DNA of 64,000 nt from an uncultured Methanoregulaceae archaeon (GTDB lineage: Archaea; Halobacteriota; Methanomicrobia; Methanomicrobiales; Methanospirillaceae): assembly GCA_963701095.1 (NCBI GenBank), contig OY969564.1, positions 2,368,001 to 2,432,000 of the forward strand, read 5' to 3'. This document shows, piece after piece, positions 19,351 through 29,109 of the stretch. Positions within the stretch are counted from its first letter, which is position 1, and each line of letters opens with the position of its first letter. The translations under genes and the position numbers were made by a program. A model generated the notes under the pieces. It worked only from the letters and a program-made list of their open reading frames with translations. It was not told where the DNA came from and made no database searches.

Positions 19351-20313
19351 ATGGATTCAACACCTTCCCTCCCGGGATACCATCTGCCGGACACTCTTCA
19401 GATATCGCAAAACGATCTTGTCCGGTTCTGGGTGATCGCATCAATTACTGCCTCTATCATAGGGGTTACCTACATTTCCATGGCAGCGGGATATGGTTCG
19501 ATAGTCCCGCAGCTTTTCTATTTCCCGATCCTTTATGCCACGTATTTCTATCCCTCCCGCGGGATTTATGTTGCCGGGAGCTGTTCAGTTGCCTACCTTC
19601 TGGTGTCGGTATATTTTCTCACACCAAATGTGTTTGTCGTAGGCGGTGTAGTCTTTCAGGCACTTTTGTTTATCGGTATCGCTGTTGTTTCTTCCTACGT
19701 CGTCAAACAACGGGACCCCCTCCAAATTACCATGCCCGGGGATGATGCCGTTGCGGTCCGGATGATGATCGCTACAGGGGAAAGCGAACGGGTTGAATTC
19801 AAGTTCAAAGCTCTCTGGAGCACGAGGCTTTCCAAAGAGGAGGCGGACGCCAGTGAATCGGCGGAAGTGCGAAAATACCGGACAAACGCCTCAAAATTTA
19901 TTATCGCAAGGTCAATTGCAGGGTTCCTGAATTCCAGTGGCGGGGATGTCATCATTGGCATAGAAGAAGACCGGGTAAAAAATGTGATCCAGGTGGTGGG
20001 GATCGATGACGATTATTCCCGGCTGCTGGAAAAAGACCGTAACCCGGATGGGTACCGGCGGATGTTGATTGACTCGGTAATCCGGCGATATATTCCCGAG
20101 ATCTATGAAACAGCGAGCCAGTATATCCGCATCACATTCCCGGTTATCTCGGAAAAAACGTTATGCCATGTCCATATAATTCCTGCTGAAAAGCCGGTTT
20201 TTGTTGATACAGGGAGTGAAGAGTTTTTCTTTATCCGGGTTGATGCATCAACCCGCAATATCAGTGGAAAGACCCTGACGAACTATATCCTTACCCGCTT
20301 CAAGAAATCCTAA
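19351..20313 (+). CDS. Four-TM membrane domain fused to a Schlafen/AlbA_2 domain
   Basis: N-terminal TMs (QLFYFPILYATYFYPSRG); GESERVEFK, IAGFLNSSGGDVIIGIEED, FFIRVDAST. Confidence 0.85.
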   Translation: MDSTPSLPGYHLPDTLQISQNDLVRFWVIASITASIIGVTYISMAAGYGSIVPQLFYFPILYATYFYPSRGIYVAGSCSVAYLLVSVYFLTPNVFVVGGVVFQALLFIGIAVVSSYVVKQRDPLQITMPGDDAVAVRMMIATGESERVEFKFKALWSTRLSKEEADASESAEVRKYRTNASKFIIARSIAGFLNSSGGDVIIGIEEDRVKNVIQVVGIDDDYSRLLEKDRNPDGYRRMLIDSVIRRYIPEIYETASQYIRITFPVISEKTLCHVHIIPAEKPVFVDTGSEEFFFIRVDASTRNISGKTLTNYILTRFKKS

Positions 20314-20374
20314 CGGATACATCATCCTGATTTCTCGTTAAAATGTGCGTGCTATCGTGTCCCCCAGATCTGAG

Positions 20375-21199
20375 TCAAAATTCATAACGGAGATGACGTA
20401 CCATCTTCTTCGCAGCAGGAATATGGCTCATCAGGTGGTAATACATTCTCCCGATTCTTGATGGCGATACTCGTTCGATGAGTTCGGGCAGGTCTAGAAA
20501 GGAAATTTCATTGACAAGCCTTAACCGGGGAACATGTTTTTCGAACGCCCGAGCGTCACCCAAACCCCAGAGAAGGGATACCTTTGATCGTTTGGCGGCA
20601 GGTGAGAGCATGACAAACTGTATCATCAGCTCACTATGAGCATCAAAAATAATCTGGCCATACGGAAATTTTCCGGTGATTCTCCTGAAGAGTGCATACA
20701 CCTCTTCTTCTGGTATATATTGCACTAGTCCCTCAGCGACGACGATTACGGGCTTATCTGCCGGTATTTCGTCTAGCCATCCAGGATCGGTTACGGAAGA
20801 ACCAATCATAATGTAATTGTGACGATCTGGATACAATTTCTTTCTCAGCTCGATCACCTCCGGAAAGTCCACGTCATACCAGCGGACAGTAGCTGGTGGG
20901 TCGATGCGGAACACGCGACTGTCAAGGCCACTTCCCAGGTGCAGCACGGTCGCGTCAGGATTGGCAGCGAGAAATTCCCGGGTCCAGCCATCAATATGTT
21001 TGGCCCTCACCGGGAGAGAAACTGAGGCTCCTTTCGGGCTTTTCAGCTTTTCAAAATCAAAATCTATTCGTCTGACCGCTTCATCAGCAAATTTGTCGTC
21101 CAGGATCGGGTTTTTCGTACGGTAATCGAGGGCTTTTCCGTATAAAGTTATGAGATACGTTTCGTTATCTTTGTCAAGGTGAATCTTTTCGGCGTCCAT
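20375..21199 (-). CDS. SAM-dependent methyltransferase, LCM/TcmP-like
   Basis: TYLITLYGKALD, VLHLGSGLDSR, WYDVDFPEVI, AEGLVQY. Confidence 0.9.
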   Translation of the reverse strand: MDAEKIHLDKDNETYLITLYGKALDYRTKNPILDDKFADEAVRRIDFDFEKLKSPKGASVSLPVRAKHIDGWTREFLAANPDATVLHLGSGLDSRVFRIDPPATVRWYDVDFPEVIELRKKLYPDRHNYIMIGSSVTDPGWLDEIPADKPVIVVAEGLVQYIPEEEVYALFRRITGKFPYGQIIFDAHSELMIQFVMLSPAAKRSKVSLLWGLGDARAFEKHVPRLRLVNEISFLDLPELIERVSPSRIGRMYYHLMSHIPAAKKMVRHLRYEF

Positions 21200-21404
21200 A
21201 TGATCAGACCTTTGAGAGCTGGCCCGGAATTTATAGACCATTTGAATGTTTATTTATCAAAGGTGGATATTGATCTTTAAAATGCAATTCTTTTATGCTC
21301 TGACGAATTTACTTTCCAGAGTGAATAAAAAGCGAAATACATTTACCCGAAATCAACCATACTTTGTGACGAATAGGTTCTCCTGTCTCCGGTGACGACA
21401 TTAC

Positions 21405-21638
21405 ATGACCGAGGAATTCTGGAATTTTCTTTACCGCTTAGCAGAAAGTCTCTCTTGTATTGCCATAGGCGTACTTCTCATTGTTTTTAGCGGATTAAAT
21501 GTAACATTCGATTATACAGGTCCGGCGTCCCACTTAATGATCCTCATTTCCTTATTTGGTGGGTTTTTTTTCCTTGGTTTAGGTATTTTTCTTATTATCG
21601 ATTGCGGGAGAAAAGGATTCCCGAGTTTGAAACAATAA
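21405..21638 (+). CDS. Small two-TM protein
   Basis: 77 aa, two hydrophobic segments. Confidence 0.5.
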   Translation: MTEEFWNFLYRLAESLSCIAIGVLLIVFSGLNVTFDYTGPASHLMILISLFGGFFFLGLGIFLIIDCGRKGFPSLKQ

Positions 21639-21815
21639 CATATTTGCTCTCTGATCAATCCACTCTTGCCGGATTTCTCAACCGTTTTTTTCGTCCATCG
21701 TTTAACCTCTCGGTTCTGGGAACCTACCCGGGATATTTTTTGAATATATATATCATTCAGGTGAACTTTTGATTGCAAGCCCGAACCTCGGGTCACTAAT
21801 CAGGAGAGAAAAACC

Positions 21816-22456
21816 ATGAAACCCAGCATACTTGTCATAACCTGCATTTGCGCCGTGCTCATCATTGCACTGGTGCTCCCCGTGAGTGCAGACGACGCCT
21901 CACAGGTAACCGTAACGCCCACTGCCACTATCACCGGTACCCGGCCCCGGGTTTTGACCCGCTTGGTTCACTGGAGAGCATCCTTGGGCTGCGGCATGAT
22001 GACCGGAACCTCACTCAGAATATCAGTGCAAATGACAAGGACATAGACCAGAACTGGTGGGACAACCTGGATATTTTCCAGGATATTCTTGGGAACCGGG
22101 CAACGGTACGGGACGACCAGTCTGCTGATCTTGCGAACCGGTCCACAAACATCGGGTACCGCGAGGATATCCACACCGATCGGCAGGATATAAGGAACGA
22201 TTCCGGCAACCGGACAGCTGAAGAGCAGCAGATCGCGGCAGACCGGGGCGACATCCACCAGGACTGGCAGGGCAATGCTGCAATCCACCAGGATATCCAT
22301 AACGAACGGAATGCAAGCGAGCAGGACTGGACCCAGATCAATGCAAACTGGCAACAGGACGCCTCCCTCCGGCAGAATAACAGTGCCGACCGGGAACAGA
22401 TACAAGACAACCGGCAGCAGATCCGTGATGACCGCGGGAATAGCGGTTCATCTTAA
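21816..22456 (+). CDS. Secreted D/R/Q/N-rich repetitive helical protein; frameshift near 21950
   Basis: Signal peptide in ORF 21816 joins PAPGFDPLG... of ORF 21848 when one C is restored; repeated DI(H/R)xD / DRxxI units. Confidence 0.75.
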
Positions 22457-22593
22457 AACCTTTTTAAGGCTCTTTCAAAACGGCAATCGTCCGGATACAT
22501 CCCGCACGACCAGGAGATATCCCTCATAAAATATAGGACGGATACGAACTTTTTTTGGTGTCCGGGTATAACTAACCCGCGAAGGAAAACCTC

Positions 22594-23520
22594 ATGAAGG
22601 CTGTGCGAATCCATGCATTCGGCAATTCCGGGGTATTGAAATACGAAGACGCTCCCCTACCGGAGACAGGACCCGACGAAGTATTGGTCAAGGTGCACGC
22701 GTGCGGCGTGAACCCCGTGGACTGGAAAATCCGCGAAGGGTTCATGGAGCCAATGGTCCATCATACCCTTCCCCTCACCCTGGGCTGGGATGTCGCCGGT
22801 ACCGTAGAAAAGACGGGAAACCTCGTGAAACGTTTTAAGAAAGGTGATCCCGTGTTCTGCCGGCCCGATACTTTAAGAAACGGGGGCTATGCGGAATATA
22901 TTACCGTAAAGACCATTGATCTTGCATCGGCGCCACGGAATATTCCCTTTGACCAGGCGGCCGGCATACCGCTTGCATCTCAGGCAGCCTGGATGGCATT
23001 GTTTGAGGTTGCCGGTCTCAGGGAAGGCCAGAAGGTCCTTATCCATGGTGCATCGGGCGGGGTTGGCACGTTTGCGGTTCAGCTTGCAAAGATTGCCGGT
23101 GCGTATGTTATCGGGACCGCATCAACGAAAAATATTGCGATGGTTCAATCGCTCGGTGCTGATGAGGTAATCGATCATACGGCTGAAGATTTCAGCAAAA
23201 AACTCAGCGGGATGGATGTGGTTTTTGATACGATCGGTGGGGAGACTCAGGCAAAATCATGGGGTGTGCTCCGTAAGGGCGGTGTGTTGGTATCTTCTGT
23301 GGGCGCTGATGAAAAAGCGGCTGCGGCACACGGTGTTGCCGGCAGATCGTTTATGCTTATCTCAAACGGTGCCCGACTCCAGGAAATTGCCACTCTGGTT
23401 GATAACGGAAAACTCCGCGTTTTCATCGAGAAAGTATTCCCTCTTGCTGAAGCAAAGGCTGCACAGGATTTGAGCCAGACCGGCCATGTACGGGGAAAAA
23501 TAATCCTTAAAGTAATCTGA
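22594..23520 (+). CDS. NADP-dependent oxidoreductase (MDR, quinone reductase-like)
   Basis: GVNPVDWK, LGWDVAG, IHGASGGVG, GHVRGKIIL. Confidence 0.93.
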   Translation: MKAVRIHAFGNSGVLKYEDAPLPETGPDEVLVKVHACGVNPVDWKIREGFMEPMVHHTLPLTLGWDVAGTVEKTGNLVKRFKKGDPVFCRPDTLRNGGYAEYITVKTIDLASAPRNIPFDQAAGIPLASQAAWMALFEVAGLREGQKVLIHGASGGVGTFAVQLAKIAGAYVIGTASTKNIAMVQSLGADEVIDHTAEDFSKKLSGMDVVFDTIGGETQAKSWGVLRKGGVLVSSVGADEKAAAAHGVAGRSFMLISNGARLQEIATLVDNGKLRVFIEKVFPLAEAKAAQDLSQTGHVRGKIILKVI

Positions 23521-23562
23521 TCCTTTTTTTTAAGTCCGGCGACCCTGAATGATCTAAGAAAA

Positions 23563-24186
23563 ATGACTCACTATCTCATAGATATCCGCCTCATGGGTTC
23601 AGTGAGGCAGCAGATCCGGGATTTAAGCACTCATTTACACCAGAAATTTAATCTTGGGGACAAAGGAGTCATTCCTCACATTTCTCTCGTGGGGCCTTTT
23701 TTCACGCACGATGAAGAAAAACTTGTCGAAGATTTTACCCGGATAAGTGCAAGCCAGGCGGAGATTCCCAAATATACGGTAGGCGGGTATGGATTTTTTG
23801 ACGATTCCCGGGTTGTTTTTGTCACAATTACCCCGGATGCAACCTTAAAACAATTCCGCCACCAGCTCTCCCTTGCACTTTCTCCGTACTGTTCCTTGCG
23901 AAAATATGACCGGGATGGCGAGGATGAATTCAGGTTTCATGCAACCCTGGCCATGAAACTTGACTGGCTTACCTTCCAGCGAATAAAATGGTATTTCAGA
24001 AGGCAAGAGCCTATCCTGTACCGGCACCATCCAATACGGGTAACGCTGCTCCGGAACACCAGAATCCTCTGTGAATACGATTTTATTCAGCAAAGGATGC
24101 TGAGCCGGTCACAGGCACTGAGCAGGGCAACATGGAAGCGGGATGTTGATATGCTCAAAGCGTGGGATTATGGAATCTGGGAATAA
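23563..24186 (+). CDS. 2H phosphoesterase (2'-5' RNA ligase family)
   Basis: Two HxS/T motifs: PHISL and FHATL. Confidence 0.85.
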   Translation: MTHYLIDIRLMGSVRQQIRDLSTHLHQKFNLGDKGVIPHISLVGPFFTHDEEKLVEDFTRISASQAEIPKYTVGGYGFFDDSRVVFVTITPDATLKQFRHQLSLALSPYCSLRKYDRDGEDEFRFHATLAMKLDWLTFQRIKWYFRRQEPILYRHHPIRVTLLRNTRILCEYDFIQQRMLSRSQALSRATWKRDVDMLKAWDYGIWE

Positions 24187-24287
24187 GAAGAATCGTTCAG
24201 TAATACCGACGTTCCCCAATCTCTAAAAATTTTATATCTTTGTCACCGTCTGGAACTTGATATAGATTCAACACAAAAATCAGCTCT

Positions 24288-24701
24288 GTGAAGTTCGATA
24301 AACGGTACTGGATTTTTATAGTAGCGGCGATGTTTTTTGCAACCGTTGCCTCCCTCTGCACCCTTTACCTGAACAGTATCCGGGTGCATTTTCTGGAATG
24401 CGACTCGGTGGCGGCAACCTGTTTTACATCCATAGGGATGGTCCCCAGTATGGCGCTGGGGATCCTGGTATTATTGCCGCTTATGGTTGCGATACCCTAC
24501 ATCTTCCGGCAGAACGAGAGACTGGGTCTCCTGTCGGCGCTTGTGCTCGGGTTTATTGTTTCCTATACTATCTTTGATGCATTCAACGACGTGTCGGTAA
24601 TTATGGGGTATCATAACGTGTACCTTGTTGCCCATTCGCTCCTCGATACAACGAATAATGTCACCGGATCTCTTATTGGTACCGGATCTTCTATGTGTTA
24701 G
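24288..24701 (+). CDS. Hypothetical membrane protein
   Basis: Three hydrophobic helices, GTG start. Confidence 0.6.
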   Translation: MKFDKRYWIFIVAAMFFATVASLCTLYLNSIRVHFLECDSVAATCFTSIGMVPSMALGILVLLPLMVAIPYIFRQNERLGLLSALVLGFIVSYTIFDAFNDVSVIMGYHNVYLVAHSLLDTTNNVTGSLIGTGSSMC

Positions 24702-24810
24702 GGGACGTCAAAACGGGATTTCATCATGGGCTGGTTCAACAATACAGGAATATTTTAAGAAGGAAAAAAACCAAACAGAATGAGCCAAAAGCGCTAAAAG
24801 AGGTAATTAA

Positions 24811-24948
24811 ATGCCAACAAGTAAGAAAATGATGACGAAGCTGAACCAGGTGAAGAAGGTCAAGGCAGAAGAGCTCTCGAAGCAGGCGGCTGCGGGGAGC
24901 GAGAGCGCCAAGAAGAAGCTCAAAAAGCTCGAGAAGAAACTCAAGTAA
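24811..24948 (+). CDS. Small Lys-rich protein (45 aa), not in the ORF track
   Basis: GAGGT RBS; MPTSKKMMTKLNQVKKVKAEELSKQAAAGSESAKKKLKKLEKKLK; hairpin and T-tract follow. Confidence 0.75.
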   Translation: MPTSKKMMTKLNQVKKVKAEELSKQAAAGSESAKKKLKKLEKKLK

Positions 24949-25173
24949 TCTGCTGGGAATTTCCCGCCAGGCTTATTTTCTTTTTTCAAAGCCATTATAA
25001 ACGAATAGATCATGCAAGTGACTCACGGGAATGTGCACACCAGTCGGCCCTACTGCCGTGACTCACCTGACACGTAAGAATTGAGTTGGATCGTTCGATC
25101 TTGACCGTGGGTTAGGTACGGTCACAAACACTTTATCCCGGATAAAAGAATCATCCATTCAGAGGGATATGCT

Positions 25174-25623
25174 GTGCCTGAAGTAAGTGTCGCCATGCTC
25201 GACGTGGATCACCACATCCACCTGATTCCGGTAAAAAGGGTAATAATGCTCAGTATCGAGCATTCTGCTCTCAAGAAAGGGGAAATCAAGAACTATGAAA
25301 TTTCCTGCATGATCAGGCTTTCTGCTGAAGGGGGGTCACACCAGTTCGAGGATATCATTCGTCTTTCTTTTGCGGCAGCCCAGATGCCTGGTCAGCAGTT
25401 TATGACAGAGCTGACCTTTATCCAGAACCATATTATAAAAACTGTATTTGACCAGGTATTATCCGGTGTACCGACCTGCTGTTATCCAAACGATCCTCTT
25501 GCAAAAGAAACAGGGGTTTCACTGGGTTCTGTTATCATAACTCAGATGGTTGCCTCTAAACCACTCAAAGAGGTACTGGCCAAATACGGCGCCCTGCCGG
25601 AGTCTATGGTATTCACTCACTAG
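25174..25623 (+). CDS. Hypothetical protein
   Basis: 149-aa ORF, start uncertain (alternative ATG at 25246). Confidence 0.55.
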   Translation: MPEVSVAMLDVDHHIHLIPVKRVIMLSIEHSALKKGEIKNYEISCMIRLSAEGGSHQFEDIIRLSFAAAQMPGQQFMTELTFIQNHIIKTVFDQVLSGVPTCCYPNDPLAKETGVSLGSVIITQMVASKPLKEVLAKYGALPESMVFTH

Positions 25624-25832
25624 GTACGATTGAAACCGACATTTTCACAAGAGATCCCGTGTTTACATCCGGATGGGATTTCGATGAAAAGGAAAAAGGC
25701 GTAGCTGTCAAAAGTATCCAGACAAGGTACAGCGCCCCGGATCAGGATCCTGCAGCTTACCCGGACCTAAAATGTACCGGGACATACACTTTTATCCAAA
25801 ACCGGCATTACGCTCATTACTGAGGTTATCGT

Positions 25833-26564
25833 ATGACTGGAAAATGTGCGGTATTCCTTTTGCTTATCGTTCTCCTTCTCGCCTTTGTTATCCCACCCGC
25901 TGGCGCACAAGGGGAAGGTTCGGTAACCCGGAGCCAGACATTCACTGTGACTATAGCGGGAACACCCTACGCGACCTATTACGTCTGGCTGAAAGGGACT
26001 TTTTCCCTGAGTGGTGAACCGGGAGACCAGCCCCCAGTCGTCGTCGCAAACCAGGAAAATGTCGTGCAGGACCAGCCGGGCGGGCCCTATACGATTGGCT
26101 CCTACCAGTATTACAATGGCGGCGGTCGCACAATTCTCGATGATGTCGCCCCATCAACGGCAACGGTTTCCGATACCAGTTATTATGCAGCGGTCACTAC
26201 GGATCAGAATGGCATTGGGACTATTGCATTCCAGACTTCGCGGGCAACAGCCGCACAATCATTCTCGATAGATGCACAGAACCCGGCAAATCCCGGCCAG
26301 AATGTGGCTATTTCTCTTGGAACACCAACCCAGGTTCCGGCAGTGACAGCAACGCCATTCCTTACAAGTGTCCCTCTAACGACTTTACCGACGACGACTA
26401 TGACAACCGTACCTGTAATGAATACAACAGCAGTGGTGACGCCGACGCTCGCCCTGACGACTGAGCCGGTAACAACACCGACAACGAAGAGTCCGCTTGG
26501 TGATGTATCAGTCATAACAGCGGTGGGGATTGCGTTTCTTGTGACAGGCTGGAAGAGGCGATAA
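25833..26564 (+). CDS. Cell-surface protein with Thr-rich linker and C-terminal sorting signal
   Basis: Signal peptide; T-rich stalk; TKSPL + TM + WKRR tail (PGF-CTERM-like layout). Confidence 0.8.
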   Translation: MTGKCAVFLLLIVLLLAFVIPPAGAQGEGSVTRSQTFTVTIAGTPYATYYVWLKGTFSLSGEPGDQPPVVVANQENVVQDQPGGPYTIGSYQYYNGGGRTILDDVAPSTATVSDTSYYAAVTTDQNGIGTIAFQTSRATAAQSFSIDAQNPANPGQNVAISLGTPTQVPAVTATPFLTSVPLTTLPTTTMTTVPVMNTTAVVTPTLALTTEPVTTPTTKSPLGDVSVITAVGIAFLVTGWKRR

Positions 26565-26697
26565 TTCATGCACATGTCTGGATCCGTGAGTGGCTGGAAT
26601 TATGAAAGAACATCAGTTATCGGCTACTGATTGCAGACGCATCAGAACTCCTCTTACACAGAGAAATACTGATAACTTCCTATGGATGTCGTGAACT

Positions 26698-27276
26698 ATG
26701 GATTTCTTTGATGAATCATACGAGAATACACCCCCCTGGGATATCGGGCATCCGCAGAAAGAGTTTATCGGACTTGCCAGGAACGGGGAGATAAAAGGAT
26801 CAGTCCTTGACCTTGGCTGCGGAACCGGGGAGAATGCTCTCTTCTATGCAGAGGAAGGTCACGAGGTGTATGGTATTGATTCAGCCCCTCTTGCAATCCA
26901 TAAGGCGCAGGAAAAATCCATCCAGAGAGGGGTCCATGTCCATTTTATTGTATTGGACGCGCTGGACCTCAAAAAGCTTAACCGGACCTTTGACACCGCC
27001 ACCGATTCCGGGCTCTTTCATACCCTAACTGACGAAGACCGCCCGATCTTTGCGGAAAATCTTGCAGCCGTCCTGCACCCCGGTGGAACCTATTTTATGC
27101 TCTGCTTTTCCGAGCTGGAGCCCGGCAGCTACGGCCCAAGAAGAGTGACAAAAAAGGAGATACAGGACAGCTTCAGTGAAGGATGGATTATCAATTACAT
27201 CAGGCCGGCGGTTTTTGAGAGCCGCACCTGGAAAAACGGACCCCGTGCCTGGCTCTCGTCAATAACTAAAAAATAA
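26698..27276 (+). CDS. Class I SAM-dependent methyltransferase
   Basis: PPWDIGHPQ, VLDLGCGTGEN, DSGLFH. Confidence 0.92.
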   Translation: MDFFDESYENTPPWDIGHPQKEFIGLARNGEIKGSVLDLGCGTGENALFYAEEGHEVYGIDSAPLAIHKAQEKSIQRGVHVHFIVLDALDLKKLNRTFDTATDSGLFHTLTDEDRPIFAENLAAVLHPGGTYFMLCFSELEPGSYGPRRVTKKEIQDSFSEGWIINYIRPAVFESRTWKNGPRAWLSSITKK

Positions 27277-27322
27277 CGAAGGTCCGATTCCTGAAAGATT
27301 TCACCAGAATTCCCGGGAGTAG

Positions 27323-27928
27323 CTACTTGCGGATGCCGACAGTCACAAAAGACCTTCCCAGGAAGGATCGGCGTTGTGTTACGACATCCAGGCCAGCCTG
27401 TTCGAATATTTCATGGACTTCTTCAGGGTTTTTGAACGTTCCGTGGTGAATAAATTTCACGAGGAACCGGGGGACCATCATATCCGAGAGAATGAACCGG
27501 CCGCCCGGTCTCAAAATCCGCCGGATCTCACGGATTCCCTGAGCCTGGTCCTGCCAGTGATGAAACGAGGTGGTGCTAAACACGAGATCCACTGATGCAT
27601 CAGGAAGAGGAATCGATTCTGCCGGGCTCACGATAAACACAGTGTCCGGCATCAGGATCCGTGCCTTTTTCACCATGCCTTCCGCCGGATCGATGCCTGT
27701 CAGGCTCGCGTGAGGCCAGCGCTCCCGGGCTTTTCGCAGCAATCTCCCGGTCCCACAACCTACATCGACAATAGTAGCCGGGGTATACCCGGCATCAACC
27801 AGGTTGAGAACCCGTTTATGGATACGGTCGAAATACAGGTGCTGCATCCATGACTCGTCGTAGCTTTTAGACCAGTGGTTGAAATGCTCGACATCACTTG
27901 TGACTTTTATTTCCATCATTGCTATCAC
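27323..27928 (-). CDS. Class I SAM-dependent methyltransferase
   Basis: VDVGCGTG, SFHHW, LRPGG. Confidence 0.92.
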   Translation of the reverse strand: MIAMMEIKVTSDVEHFNHWSKSYDESWMQHLYFDRIHKRVLNLVDAGYTPATIVDVGCGTGRLLRKARERWPHASLTGIDPAEGMVKKARILMPDTVFIVSPAESIPLPDASVDLVFSTTSFHHWQDQAQGIREIRRILRPGGRFILSDMMVPRFLVKFIHHGTFKNPEEVHEIFEQAGLDVVTQRRSFLGRSFVTVGIRK

Positions 27929-28006
27929 AAAACCTTTCTTTATTCACTAGGGTTTTTCCGCAAAACGATTCGAAGAGATGCCGTTCCTTTTTACAAAAAA
28001 AATATT

Positions 28007-28595
28007 CTAATGCCAGTACTCCCCGTGGTGGAGGAAACCGTGGACAAGGATCCCGACTCCGAGCAGTATGAGGAAGGCTGCACCGATATACGGCCAGAGA
28101 AGAACCGGGGCCCAGACGATCATGATACCAAAAACGATAAAGAAGATACCGATAAAAGCAAGGCCGAAGCCATGCTTGTGTGATGATGCCATTCTTTTCA
28201 GCTGCCACCTCGCTCATATCTTCATTGTATCCGTGTTCTTTCATCCAGGTTTTTACGTGGTCCGGTGAAACGGTATCATCATCCATACGCGAGGTGGCGT
28301 TCACGATCGCAGACACCAGGAATCCAAGACCAAGGCCTATTAACCCGGCCGCTACAATGTGGCCAATGAGCAAGCCGATACCAAGACCAATGAGGAGCCC
28401 GGCGGGGATTAAGGAATGCATACCTCGTCGTCTCCGGTGATAAGATCTCCACGATCTGGCATCCCCGCCACCTGGCGGCTCATTCTGAACCGGCGCCGGG
28501 GGGATGGTTGTGTTTGTCTGGACATTCTGGAACATCTGGACATTGGGACACCAGCCAAGCCAGGTATTAACCATTTCAGAGAATCGTGTCATCAT
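28007..28595 (-). CDS. DUF1673-like (WLGWCPN) membrane protein; frameshift near 28195
   Basis: N-terminal WLGWCPN motif; the last two TMs lie in ORF 28007-28192. Confidence 0.7.
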
Positions 28596-29038
28596 ACGAT
28601 CGCCTTTACCTTAGCAAATAATTCCTCTGCCATTTTTGTCGGGTCAGCAGTCTTTTCGATTTTAATACCGAGTTCTGTAGCATAATCCCAAAGGAGCTCG
28701 ATGCATCCGGTATACCGTGTACAAGAGCCACAATCTCCGTCATGCTCATACCAGACCTGTATCCCGTGTTTTTCCGAAACAAAGATAATTGCCGGGGCCT
28801 GGAAAGGGATTGACCTCCCTAAAAGGACACCCCGTTCGGTGTTAATCGATTCAGGCTCGATCTGGTTTGCATGGGCCATCTCCCGCAAGGTCGATTCAAT
28901 TTTGCCATCCATGAGCTGGAGCGCCCGGGATACCGCCTGCCGGGAGATGCCCAGACTGTGCGCTATTGTGATATTTGGCACACCGTTGCGCCGCATCTTC
29001 CAGAACGCGAACTGCTTCTCGTTCGTTTGCAGAAGCAT
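28592..29038 (-). CDS. HTH regulator with C-terminal Cys cluster
   Basis: IAHSLGISRQAVSRAL HTH; WYEHDGDCGSCTRYTGC. Confidence 0.8.
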   Translation of the reverse strand: MLLQTNEKQFAFWKMRRNGVPNITIAHSLGISRQAVSRALQLMDGKIESTLREMAHANQIEPESINTERGVLLGRSIPFQAPAIIFVSEKHGIQVWYEHDGDCGSCTRYTGCIELLWDYATELGIKIEKTADPTKMAEELFAKVKAIV

Positions 29039-29109
29039 ATGTCAACGTTTGCATATTGACTATATATGTATTTGCGTGAGAAGAGGAATTTTATGGGAGA
29101 AAAATACAA

